A stretch of 64,000 nt of DNA from the NCBI RefSeq assembly GCF_009914755.1, contig NC_060927.1. One strand, given 5' to 3'. Shown piece after piece: positions 26,801 through 40,474 of the stretch; within the stretch, counting starts at the first letter, position 1; each line of letters opens with the position of its first letter. The DNA comes from the human T2T-CHM13v2.0 reference genome, Homo sapiens. The notes below the pieces were generated by a model, which was given only the letters and a program-made list of their open reading frames with translations, searched no databases and was not told the origin of the DNA. The position numbers were made by a program, and so were the translations under genes.

Positions 26801-29800
26801 CACAAAGTAGTTCCTGAGAATGATTCTGTCTAGTTTTCATACGAAGATATTTCCTTTTCCACCAATGGCCTCAAAGTGCTTGAAATCTCCCCTTGCAAAT
26901 TCCACAGACAAGTGTTTCAAATCTGCACTGTCTAAAGGAAGGTTCAACCCTGTGAGTTGAATACACACACACAGAAAAAAATTCACTGAGAATTCTATTG
27001 TCTATCATTACACGAAGAAATCCCGTTTACTACGAAGGCCTCAAAGAGGTCCAAATATCCAGCTGCAGACATTACAAACTGAGTGTTTCCAAAGTGCTCT
27101 ATGAAAAGAAGTGTTAAACACTGTGAGTTCAATGCACACATCCCAAAGCAGTTTCTGAGAATGATTCCGTCTATTTTTTCTACGAAGATATTTCCTTTTC
27201 TGCCGTTGGCCTCAAAGCGCTTGAAATCTCCACTTGCAAATTCCACAAAAAGAGAGTTTCAAATCTGCTCTGTCTAAAGGAAGGTTCAACTCTGTGAGTT
27301 GAATACACACCACAAAAAGAAGTTACTGAGAATTCTTCTGTCTAGCATTATATGAAAAATCCCGTTTCCAACGAAGGCCACAAAGAGGTCCAAATATCCA
27401 CTTGCAGATTCTGCAAAAAGAGTGTTTCCAAACTGCTCTATGAAAAGAAACGTTAAACTCTGTGAGTTGAACGCAAACATCACAAAGTAGTTTCTGAGAA
27501 TGACTCCGTCTAGTTTTTATACGAAGATATTTCCTTTCCTACCATTCACTTCAAAGCGCTTGAAGTCTCCCCCTGAAAATTCCACAAAAAGTGTTTCCAA
27601 TCTGCTCTGCCTAAAGGAAGCTTCAACTCTGTGACTTGAATACCCACAACCCAAAGAAGTTACTGAGAATTCTTCTGTCTAGCATTATATGAAGAAATCC
27701 CGTTTCCAACGAAGGCCTCAAATACATCCAAATATCCAGTTGCTGACTTTACAAACTGAGTGTTTCCAAACTGCTCTATGAAAAGAAAGGTTAAACACTG
27801 TGAGTTGAACACACACGTACCAAAGTAGTTTCTGAGAATGATTCTGTCTAGTTTGCATACGAAGATATTTCCTTTTCTACCATTGGCCTCAAAGCTCTGA
27901 AATCTCCACTTGCAAATTCCACAAAAAGAGAGTTTCAAATCTGCTGTTTCTAAAGGAAAGTTCAACTCTGAGAGTTGAATACACACCAGAAAAAGCAGTT
28001 ACTGAGAAGTCTTCTGTCTAGCATTATATGAAGAAATCCCATTTCCAACGAAGACTTCAAAGAGGTCCAAATATCCACTTGCAGATTCTGCAAAAAGAGT
28101 GTTTCGAAACAACTGTATGAAAAGAAAGGTTAAACACTGTGAGTTGAACGCACACATTGCAAAGCAGTTTCTGAGAATGATTCCGTCTAATTATTATACG
28201 AAGGTATTTCCTTTTCTATCATTGGCCTCAAAGCGCTTGATACCTCCACCTGAAAATTCCACAAAAAGAGTGTTTCCAATCTACTCTGTCTAAAGGAACG
28301 TTCAACTCTGTGAGTTGAATACACACACACAGAAAGAATTCACTGAGAATTCTTCTGTCTGGCATTACATGAAGAAATCCCGTTTCCAACGAAGGCCTCA
28401 AAGAGGTCCAAATATCCACTTGCAGATTCTGCAAAAAGAGTGTTTCAAAACCGCTCCATTAAAAGGAATGTTGAACTCTGTGAGTTGAATGCAAACATCA
28501 CAACTCAGTTGCTGAGAATGCTTCTGACTAGATTTTATGGTAAGATATTTCCTTTTCTACCGTAGGCTTCAATGCCCTCTAAATACACCCTTGCAAATTC
28601 TACAAAGAGACTGTTTCATAACTGCTCTATAGGAAGAAAGGTTCAACTCTGTGAGTTGAATGCAGAGATCACAACGTGGTTTCTGCGAATGATTCTTTGT
28701 AGTTTTTACATGAAGATATTTCGTTGTCAACCGTAGGCTTCAAAGCACTCAAAGTATTCACTTGGAACTTTTACAAAAAGAGTGTTAGAAAACTGCTCTT
28801 TCCAAAGTAAGGTTCAACTCTGTGAGTTGAATGCACACATAACAATCAAGAAGTTTCTGAGAATTCTTCTGTCCTGGTTTATATGAAGAAATCCCGTTTC
28901 CAACGAAGGCCTCAAAGACGTTTAAATATCCACTTGCAGACTTCACAAACAGAGGGTTTCCAAACTGCTCTATGAAAAGAAAGGTTAAACTCTGTGAGTT
29001 GAACGCACACATCACAAAGTAGCTTCTGAGAATGATACTGTCTAGTTTTTATACGAAGATATTTCCTTTCTACCATTGGCGTCAAAGCGCTAGAATTCTC
29101 CACTTGCAAATTCCACAAAAAGAGTGTTTCCAATCTGCTCTGTCTAAAGGAAGGTTCAACTCTGTGAGTTGAATACACACACACAAAGAAGCTACTGAGA
29201 ATTCTTTTGTCAAGAATTATAAGAAGAAATCCCGTTTCCAACGAAGGCCTCAAAGAGTTCCAAATATCCACTTGCACACTGCACAAACTAAGTCTTTCCA
29301 AACTGCTCTATGCAAAGAAATGTTCAACTCTGTGAGTTTAATACGCACATCACAAAGCAGTTTCTGAGAATGATACTGTCTAGTTTTTATACGAAGATAT
29401 TTCCTTTTGTACCATTGGCCTCATACTGCTAGAATTTTCCACTTGCAAATTCCACAAAAAGAGTGTTTCCAATCCGCTCTGTCTAAAGGAAGGTTCAACT
29501 CTCTGATTTGAATACATACATCCCAAAAGAAGTTCCTGAGAATTCTTCTGTCTAGCATTATGTGAAGAAATCCCGTTTCCAACGAAAGCCTCAAAGAGGT
29601 CCAAATATCCAGTTGCAGCATTTACAAACTGACTGTTTCCAAACTCATCTATGAAAAGAAAGGTTAAACTCTGGGAGTTGAATGCACATATCACAAAGTA
29701 GTTCCTGAGAATGATTCTGTCTAGTTTTCATACGAAGATATTTCCTTTTCCACCAATGGCCTCAAAGTGCTTGAAATCTCCCCTTGCAAATTCCACAGAC

Positions 29801-32800
29801 AAGTGTCTCAAATCTGCACTGTCTAAAGGAAGGTTCAACCCTGTGAGTTGAATACACACACACAGAAAAAAATTCACTGAGAATTCTATTGTCTATCATT
29901 ACACGAAGAAATCCCGTTTACTACGAAGGCCTCAAAGAGGTCCAAATATCCAGCTGCAGACATTGCAAACTGAGTGTTTCCAAAGTGCTCTATGAAAAGA
30001 AGTGTTAAACACTGTGAGTTCAATGCACACATCCCAAAGCAGTTTCTGAGAATGATTCCGTCTATTTTTTCTACGAAGATATTTCCTTTTCTGCCGTTGG
30101 CCTCAAAGCGCTTGAAATCTCCACTTGCAAATTCCACAAAAAGAGAGTTTCAAATCTGCTCTGTCTAAAGGAAGGTTCAACTCTGTGAGTTGAATACACA
30201 CCACAAAAAGAAGTTACTGAGAATTCTTCTGTCTAGCATTATATGAAAAATCCCGTTTCCAACGAAGGCCACAAAGAGGTCCAAATATCCACTTGCAGAT
30301 TCTGCAAAAAGAGTGTTTCCAAACTGCTCTATGAAAAGAAACGTTAAACTCTGTGAGTTGAACGCAAACATCACAAAGTAGTTTCTGAGAATGACTCCGT
30401 CTAGTTTTTATACGAAGATATTTCCTTTCCTACCATTCACTTCAAAGCGCTTGAAGTCTCCCCCTGAAAATTCCACAAAAAGTGTTTCCAATCTGCTCCG
30501 CCTAAAGGAAGCTTCAACTCTGTGACTTGAATACCCACAACCCAAAGAAGTTACTGAGAATTCTTCTGTCTAGCATTATATGAAGAAATCCCGTTTCCAA
30601 CGAAGGCCTCAAATACATCCAAATATCCAGTTGCTGACTTTACAAACTGAGTGTTTCCAAACTGCTCTATGAAAAGAAAGGTTAAACACTGTGAGTTGAA
30701 CACACACGTACCAAAGTAGTTTCTGAGAATGATTCTGTCTAGTTTGCATACGAAGATATTTCCTTTTCTACCATTGGCCTCAAAGCTCTGAAATCTCCAC
30801 TTGCAAATTCCACAAAAAGAGAGTTTCAAATCTGCTGTTTCTAAAGGAAAGTTCAACTCTGAGAGTTGAATACACACCAGAAAAAGCAGTTACTGAGAAG
30901 TCTTCTGTCTAGCATTATATGAAGAAATCCCATTTCCAACGAAGACTTCAAACAGGTCCAAATATCCACTTGCAGATTCTGCAAAAAGAGTGTTTCGAAA
31001 CAACTGTATGAAAAGAAAGGTTAAACACTGTGAGTTGAACGCACACATTGCAAAGCAGTTTCTGAGAATGATTCCGTCTAATTATTATACGAAGGTATTT
31101 CCTTTTCTATCATTGGCCTCAAAGCGCTTGATACCTCCACCTGAAAATTCCACAAAAAGAGTGTTTCCAATCTACTCTGTCTAAAGGAACGTTCAACTCT
31201 GTGAGTTGAATACACACACACAGAAAGAATTCACTGAGAATTCTTCTGTCTGGCATTACATGAAGAAATCCCGTTTCCAACGAAGGCCTCAAAGAGGTCC
31301 AAATATCCACTTGCAGATTCTGCAAAAAGAGTGTTTCAAAACCGCTCCATTAAAAGGAATGTTGAACTCTGTGAGTTGAATGCAAACATCACAACTCAGT
31401 TGCTGAGAATGCTTCTGACTAGATTTTATGGTAAGATATTTCCTTTTCTACCGTAGGCTTCAATGCCCTCTAAATACACCCTTGCAAATTCTACAAAGAG
31501 ACTGTTTCATAACTGCTCTATAGGAAGAAAGGTTCAACTCTGTGAGTTGAATGCAGAGATCACAACGTGGTTTCTGCGAATGATTCTTTGTAGTTTTTAC
31601 ATGAAGATATTTCGTTGTCAACCGTAGGCTTCAAAGCACTCAAAGTATTCACTTGGAACTTTTACAAAAAGAGTGTTAGAAAACTGCTCTTTCCAAAGTA
31701 AGGTTCAACTCTGTGAGTTGAATGCACACATAACAATCAAGAAGTTTCTGAGAATTCTTCTGTCCTGGTTTATATGAAGAAATCCCGTTTCCAACGAAGG
31801 CCTCAAAGACGTTTAAATATCCACTTGCAGACTTCACAAACAGAGGGTTTCCAAACTGCTCTATGAAAAGAAAGGTTAAACTCTGTGAGTTGAACGCACA
31901 CATCACAAAGTAGCTTCTGAGAATGATACTGTCTAGTTTTTATACGAAGATATTTCCTTTCTACCATTGGCGTCAAAGCGCTAGAATTCTCCGCTTGCAA
32001 ATTCCACAAAAAGAGTGTTTCCAATCTGCTCTGTCTAAAGGAAGGTTCAACTCTGTGAGTTGAATACACACACACAAAGAAGCTACTGAGAATTCTTTTG
32101 TCAAGAATTATAAGAAGAAATCCCGTTTCCAACGAAGGCCTCAAAGAGTTCCAAATATCCACTTGCACACTGCACAAACTAAGTCTTTCCAAACTGCTCT
32201 ATGCAAAGAAATGTTCAACTCTGTGAGTTTAATACACACATCACAAAGCAGTTTCTGAGAATGATACTGTCTAGTTTTTATACGAAGATATTTCCTTTTG
32301 TACCATTGGCCTCATACTGCTAGAATTTTCCACTTGCAAATTCCACAAAAAGAGTGTTTCCAATCCGCTCTGTCTAAAGGAAGGTTCAACTCTCTGATTT
32401 GAATACATACATCCCAAAAGAAGTTACTGAGAATTCTTCTGTCTAGCATTATGTGAAGAAATCCCGTTTCCAACGAAAGCCTCAAAGAGGTCCAAATATC
32501 CAGTTGCAGAATTTACAAACTGACTGTTTCCAAACTCATCTATGAAAAGAAAGGTTAAACTCTGGGAGTTGAATGCACATATCACAAAGTAGTTCCTGAG
32601 AATGATTCTGTCTAGTTTTCATACGAAGATATTTCCTTTTCCACCAATGGCCTCAAAGTGCTTGAAATCTCCCCTTGCAAATTCCACAGACAAGTGTCTC
32701 AAATCTGCACTGTCTAAAGGAAGGTTCAACCCTGTGAGTTGAATACACACACACAGAAAAAAATTCACTGAGAATTCTATTGTCTATCATTACACGAAGA

Positions 32801-35800
32801 AATCCCGTTTACTACGAAGGCCTCAAAGAGGTCCAAATATCCAGCTGCAGACATTGCAAACTGAGTGTTTCCAAAGTGCTCTATGAAAAGAAGTGTTAAA
32901 CACTGTGAGTTCAATGCACACATCCCAAAGCAGTTTCTGAGAATGATTCCGTCTATTTTTTCTACGAAGATATTTCCTTTTCTGCCGTTGGCCTCAAAGC
33001 GCTTGAAATCTCCACTTGCAAATTCCACAAAAAGAGAGTTTCAAATCTGCTCTGTCTAAAGGAAGGTTCAACTCTGTGAGTTGAATACACACCACAAAAA
33101 GAAGTTACTGAGAATTCTTCTGTCTAGCATTATATGAAAAATCCCGTTTCCAACGAAGGCCACAAAGAGGTCCAAATATCCACTTGCAGATTCTGCAAAA
33201 AGAGTGTTTCCAAACTGCTCTATGAAAAGAAACGTTAAACTCTGTGAGTTGAACGCAAACATCACAAAGTAGTTTCTGAGAATGACTCCGTCTAGTTTTT
33301 ATACGAAGATATTTCCTTTCCTACCATTCACTTCAAAGCGCTTGAAGTCTCCCCCTGAAAATTCCACAAAAAGTGTTTCCAATCTGCTCCGCCTAAAGGA
33401 AGCTTCAACTCTGTGACTTGAATACCCACAACCCAAAGAAGTTACTGAGAATTCTTCTGTCTAGCATTATATGAAGAAATCCCGTTTCCAACGAAGGCCT
33501 CAAATACATCCAAATATCCAGTTGCTGACTTTACAAACTGAGTGTTTCCAAACTGCTCTATGAAAAGAAAGGTTAAACACTGTGAGTTGAACACACACGT
33601 ACCAAAGTAGTTTCTGAGAATGATTCTGTCTAGTTTGCATACGAAGATATTTCCTTTTCTACCATTGGCCTCAAAGCTCTGAAATCTCCACTTGCAAATT
33701 CCACAAAAAGAGAGTTTCAAATCTGCTGTTTCTAAAGGAAAGTTCAACTCTGAGAGTTGAATACACACCAGAAAAAGCAGTTACTGAGAAGTCTTCTGTC
33801 TAGCATTATATGAAGAAATCCCATTTCCAACGAAGACTTCAAAGAGGTCCAAATATCCACTTGCAGATTCTGCAAAAAGAGTGTTTCGAAACAACTGTAT
33901 GAAAAGAAAGGTTAAACACTGTGAGTTGAACGCACACATTGCAAAGCAGTTTCTGAGAATGATTCCGTCTAATTATTATACGAAGGTATTTCCTTTTCTA
34001 TCATTGGCCTCAAAGCGCTTGATACCTCCACCTGAAAATTCCACAAAAAGAGTGTTTCCAATCTACTCTGTCTAAAGGAACGTTCAACTCTGTGAGTTGA
34101 ATACACACACACAGAAAGAATTCACTGAGAATTCTTCTGTCTGGCATTACATGAAGAAATCCCGTTTCCAACGAAGGCCTCAAAGAGGTCCAAATATCCA
34201 CTTGCAGATTCTGCAAAAAGAGTGTTTCAAAACCGCTCCATTAAAAGGAATGTTGAACTCTGTGAGTTGAATGCAAACATCACAACTCAGTTGCTGAGAA
34301 TGCTTCTGACTAGATTTTATGGTAAGATATTTCCTTTTCTACCGTAGGCTTCAATGCCCTCTAAATACACCCTTGCAAATTCTACAAAGAGACTGTTTCA
34401 TAACTGCTCTATAGGAAGAAAGGTTCAACTCTGTGAGTTGAATGCAGAGATCACAACGTGGTTTCTGCGAATGATTCTTTGTAGTTTTTACATGAAGATA
34501 TTTCGTTGTCAACCGTAGGCTTCAAAGCACTCAAAGTATTCACTTGGAACTTTTACAAAAAGAGTGTTAGAAAACTGCTCTTTCCAAAGTAAGGTTCAAC
34601 TCTGTGAGTTGAATGCACACATAACAATCAAGAAGTTTCTGAGAATTCTTCTGTCCTGGTTTATATGAAGAAATCCCGTTTCCAACGAAGGCCTCAAAGA
34701 CGTTTAAATATCCACTTGCAGACTTCACAAACAGAGGGTTTCCAAACTGCTCTATGAAAAGAAAGGTTAAACTCTGTGAGTTGAACGCACACATCACAAA
34801 GTAGCTTCTGAGAATGATACTGTCTAGTTTTTATACGAAGATATTTCCTTTCTACCATTGGCGTCAAAGCGCTAGAATTCTCCGCTTGCAAATTCCACAA
34901 AAAGAGTGTTTCCAATCTGCTCTGTCTAAAGGAAGGTTCAACTCTGTGAGTTGAATACACACACACAAAGAAGCTACTGAGAATTCTTTTGTCAAGAATT
35001 ATAAGAAGAAATCCCGTTTCCAACGAAGGCCTCAAAGAGTTCCAAATATCCACTTGCACACTGCACAAACTAAGTCTTTCCAAACTGCTCTATGCAAAGA
35101 AATGTTCAACTCTGTGAGTTTAATACACACATCACAAAGCAGTTTCTGAGAATGATACTGTCTAGTTTTTATACGAAGATATTTCCTTTTGTACCATTGG
35201 CCTCATACTGCTAGAATTTTCCACTTGCAAATTCCACAAAAAGAGTGTTTCCAATCCGCTCTGTCTAAAGGAAGGTTCAACTCTCTGATTTGAATACATA
35301 CATCCCAAAAGAAGTTACTGAGAATTCTTCTGTCTAGCATTATGTGAAGAAATCCCGTTTCCAACGAAAGCCTCAAAGAGGTCCAAATATCCAGTTGCAG
35401 AATTTACAAACTGACTGTTTCCAAACTCATCTATGAAAAGAAAGGTTAAACTCTGGGAGTTGAATGCACATATCACAAAGTAGTTCCTGAGAATGATTCT
35501 GTCTAGTTTTCATACGAAGATATTTCCTTTTCCACCAATGGCCTCAAAGTGCTTGAAATCTCCCCTTGCAAATTCCACAGACAAGTGTCTCAAATCTGCA
35601 CTGTCTAAAGGAAGGTTCAACCCTGTGAGTTGAATACACACACACAGAAAAAAATTCACTGAGAATTCTATTGTCTATCATTACACGAAGAAATCCCGTT
35701 TACTACGAAGGCCTCAAAGAGGTCCAAATATCCAGCTGCAGACATTGCAAACTGAGTGTTTCCAAAGTGCTCTATGAAAAGAAGTGTTAAACACTGTGAG

Positions 35801-38800
35801 TTCAATGCACACATCCCAAAGCAGTTTCTGAGAATGATTCCGTCTATTTTTTCTACGAAGATATTTCCTTTTCTGCCGTTGGCCTCAAAGCGCTTGAAAT
35901 CTCCACTTGCAAATTCCACAAAAAGAGAGTTTCAAATCTGCTCTGTCTAAAGGAAGGTTCAACTCTGTGAGTTGAATACACACCACAAAAAGAAGTTACT
36001 GAGAATTCTTCTGTCTAGCATTATATGAAAAATCCCGTTTCCAACGAAGGCCACAAAGAGGTCCAAATATCCACTTGCAGATTCTGCAAAAAGAGTGTTT
36101 CCAAACTGCTCTATGAAAAGAAACGTTAAACTCTGTGAGTTGAACGCAAACATCACAAAGTAGTTTCTGAGAATGACTCCGTCTAGTTTTTATACGAAGA
36201 TATTTCCTTTCCTACCATTCACTTCAAAGCGCTTGAAGTCTCCCCCTGAAAATTCCACAAAAAGTGTTTCCAATCTGCTCCGCCTAAAGGAAGCTTCAAC
36301 TCTGTGACTTGAATACCCACAACCCAAAGAAGTTACTGAGAATTCTTCTGTCTAGCATTATATGAAGAAATCCCGTTTCCAACGAAGGCCTCAAATACAT
36401 CCAAATATCCAGTTGCTGACTTTACAAACTGAGTGTTTCCAAACTGCTCTATGAAAAGAAAGGTTAAACACTGTGAGTTGAACACACACGTACCAAAGTA
36501 GTTTCTGAGAATGATTCTGTCTAGTTTGCATACGAAGATATTTCCTTTTCTACCATTGGCCTCAAAGCTCTGAAATCTCCACTTGCAAATTCCACAAAAA
36601 GAGAGTTTCAAATCTGCTGTTTCTAAAGGAAAGTTCAACTCTGAGAGTTGAATACACACCAGAAAAAGCAGTTACTGAGAAGTCTTCTGTCTAGCATTAT
36701 ATGAAGAAATCCCATTTCCAACGAAGACTTCAAAGAGGTCCAAATATCCACTTGCAGATTCTGCAAAAAGAGTGTTTCGAAACAACTGTATGAAAAGAAA
36801 GGTTAAACACTGTGAGTTGAACGCACACATTGCAAAGCAGTTTCTGAGAATGATTCCGTCTAATTATTATACGAAGGTATTTCCTTTTCTATCATTGGCC
36901 TCAAAGCGCTTGATACCTCCACCTGAAAATTCCACAAAAAGAGTGTTTCCAATCTACTCTGTCTAAAGGAACGTTCAACTCTGTGAGTTGAATACACACA
37001 CACAGAAAGAATTCACTGAGAATTCTTCTGTCTGGCATTACATGAAGAAATCCCGTTTCCAACGAAGGCCTCAAAGAGGTCCAAATATCCACTTGCAGAT
37101 TCTGCAAAAAGAGTGTTTCAAAACCGCTCCATTAAAAGGAATGTTGAACTCTGTGAGTTGAATGCAAACATCACAACTCAGTTGCTGAGAATGCTTCTGA
37201 CTAGATTTTATGGTAAGATATTTCCTTTTCTACCGTAGGCTTCAATGCCCTCTAAATACACCCTTGCAAATTCTACAAAGAGACTGTTTCATAACTGCTC
37301 TATAGGAAGAAAGGTTCAACTCTGTGAGTTGAATGCAGAGATCACAACGTGGTTTCTGCGAATGATTCTTTGTAGTTTTTACATGAAGATATTTCGTTGT
37401 CAACCGTAGGCTTCAAAGCACTCAAAGTATTCACTTGGAACTTTTACAAAAAGAGTGTTACAAAACTGCTCTTTCCAAAGTAAGGTTCAACTCTGTGAGT
37501 TGAATGCACACATAACAATCAAGAAGTTTCTGAGAATTCTTCTGTCCTGGTTTATATGAAGAAATCCCGTTTCCAACGAAGGCCTCAAAGACGTTTAAAT
37601 ATCCACTTGCAGACTTCACAAACAGAGGGTTTCCAAACTGCTCTATGAAAAGAAAGGTTAAACTCTGTCAGTTGAACGCACACATCACAAAGTAGCTTCT
37701 GAGAATGATACTGTCTAGTTTTTATACGAAGATATTTCCTTTCTACCATTGGCGTCAAAGCGCTAGAATTCTCCACTTGCAAATTCCACAAAAAGAGTGT
37801 TTCCAATCTGCTCTGTCTAAAGGAAGGTTCAACTGTGTGAGTTGAATACACACACACAAAGAAGCTACTGAGAATTCTTTTGTCAAGAATTACAAGAAGA
37901 AATCCCGTTTCCAACGAAGGCCTCAAAGAGTTCCAAATATCCACTTGCACACTGCACAAACTAAGTCTTTCCAAACTGCTCTATGCAAAGAAATGTTCAA
38001 CTCTGTGAGTTTAATACACACATCACAAAGCAGTTTCTGAGAATGATACTGTCTAGTTTTTATACGAAGATATTTCCTTTTGTACCATTGGCCTCATACT
38101 GCTAGAATTTTCCACTTGCAAATTCCACAAAAAGAGTGTTTCCAATCCGCTCTGTCTAAAGGAAGGTTCAACTCTCTGATTTGAATACATACATCCCAAA
38201 AGAAGTTCCTGAGAATTCTTCTGTCTAGCATTATGTGAAGAAATCCCGTTTCCAACGAAAGCCTCAAAGAGGTCCAAATATCCAGTTGCAGAATTTACAA
38301 ACTGACTGTTTCCAAACTCATCTATGAAAAGAAAGGTTAAACTCTGGGAGTTGAATGCACATATCACAAAGTAGTTCCTGAGAATGATTCTGTCTAGTTT
38401 TCATACGAAGATATTTCCTTTTCCACCAATGGCCTCAAAGTGCTTGAAATCTCCCCTTGCAAATTCCACAGACAAGTGTCTCAAATCTGCACTGTCTAAA
38501 GGAAGGTTCAACCCTGTGAGTTGAATACACACACACAGAAAAAAATTCACTGAGAATTCTATTGTCTATCATTACACGAAGAAATCCCGTTTACTACGAA
38601 GGCCTCAAAGAGGTCCAAATATCCAGCTGCAGACATTGCAAACTGAGTGTTTCCAAAGTGCTCTATGAAAAGAAGTGTTAAACACTGTGAGTTCAATGCA
38701 CACATCCCAAAGCAGTTTCTGAGAATGATTCCGTCTATTTTTTCTACGAAGATATTTCCTTTTCTGCCGTTGGCCTCAAAGCGCTTGAAATCTCCACTTG

Positions 38801-40474
38801 CAAATTCCACAAAAAGAGAGTTTCAAATCTGCTCTGTCTAAAGGAAGGTTCAACTCTGTGAGTTGAATACACACCACAAAAAGAAGTTACTGAGAATTCT
38901 TCTGTCTAGCATTATATGAAAAATCCCGTTTCCAACGAAGGCCACAAAGAGGTCCAAATATCCACTTGCAGATTCTGCAAAAAGAGTGTTTCCAAACTGC
39001 TCTATGAAAAGAAACGTTAAACTCTGTGATTTGAACGCAAACATCACAAAGTAGTTTCTGAGAATGACTCCGTCTAGTTTTTATACGAAGATATTTCCTT
39101 TCCTACCATTCACTTCAAAGCGCTTGAAGTCTCCCCCTGAAAATTCCACAAAAAGTGTTTCCAATCTGCTCCGCCTAAAGGAAGCTTCAACTCTGTGACT
39201 TGAATACCCACAACCCAAAGAAGTTACTGAGAATTCTTCTGTCTAGCATTATATGAAGAAATCCCGTTTCCAACGAAGGCCTCAAATACATCCAAATATC
39301 CAGTTGCTGACTTTACAAACTGAGTGTTTCCAAACTGCTCTATGAAAAGAAAGGTTAAACACTGTGAGTTGAACACACACGTACCAAAGTAGTTTCTGAG
39401 AATGATTCTGTCTAGTTTGCATACGAAGATATTTCCTTTTCTACCATTGGCCTCAAAGCTCTGAAATCTCCACTTGCAAATTCCACAAAAAGAGAGTTTC
39501 AAATCTGCTGTTTCTAAAGGAAAGTTCAACTCTGAGAGTTGAATACACACCAGAAAAAGCAGTTACTGAGAAGTCTTCTGTCTAGCATTATATGAAGAAA
39601 TCCCATTTCCAACGAAGACTTCAAAGAGGTCCAAATATCCACTTGCAGATTCTGCAAAAAGAGTGTTTCGAAACAACTGTATGAAAAGAAAGGTTAAACA
39701 CTGTGAGTTGAACGCACACATTGCAAAGCAGTTTCTGAGAATGATTCCGTCTAATTATTATACGAAGGTATTTCCTTTTCTATCATTGGCCTCAAAGCGC
39801 TTGATACCTCCACCTGAAAATTCCACAAAAAGAGTGTTTCCAATCTACTCTGTCTAAAGGAACGTTCAACTCTGTGAGTTGAATACACACACACAGAAAG
39901 AATTCACTGAGAATTCTTCTGTCTGGCATTACATGAAGAAATCCCGTTTCCAACGAAGGCCTCAAAGAGGTCCAAATATCCACTTGCAGATTCTGCAAAA
40001 AGAGTGTTTCAAAACCGCTCCATTAAAAGGAATGTTGAACTCTGTGAGTTGAATGCAAACATCACAACTCAGTTGCTGAGAATGCTTCTGACTAGATTTT
40101 ATGGTAAGATATTTCCTTTTCTACCGTAGGCTTCAATGCCCTCTAAATACACCCTTGCAAATTCTACAAAGAGACTGTTTCATAACTGCTCTATAGGAAG
40201 AAAGGTTCAACTCTGTGAGTTGAATGCAGAGATCACAACGTGGTTTCTGCGAATGATTCTTTGTAGTTTTTACATGAAGATATTTCGTTGTCAACCGTAG
40301 GCTTCAAAGCACTCAAAGTATTCACTTGGAACTTTTACAAAAAGAGTGTTACAAAACTGCTCTTTCCAAAGTAAGGTTCAACTCTGTGAGTTGAATGCAC
40401 ACATAACAATCAAGAAGTTTCTGAGAATTCTTCTGTCCTGGTTTATATGAAGAAATCCCGTTTCCAACGAAGGC

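Noticed and set aside
29421-29621. 66-aa ORF present only in copy 11
   Set aside because: It is created by a single A>C at 29619 that yields an ATG on the minus strand, with no other coding evidence.
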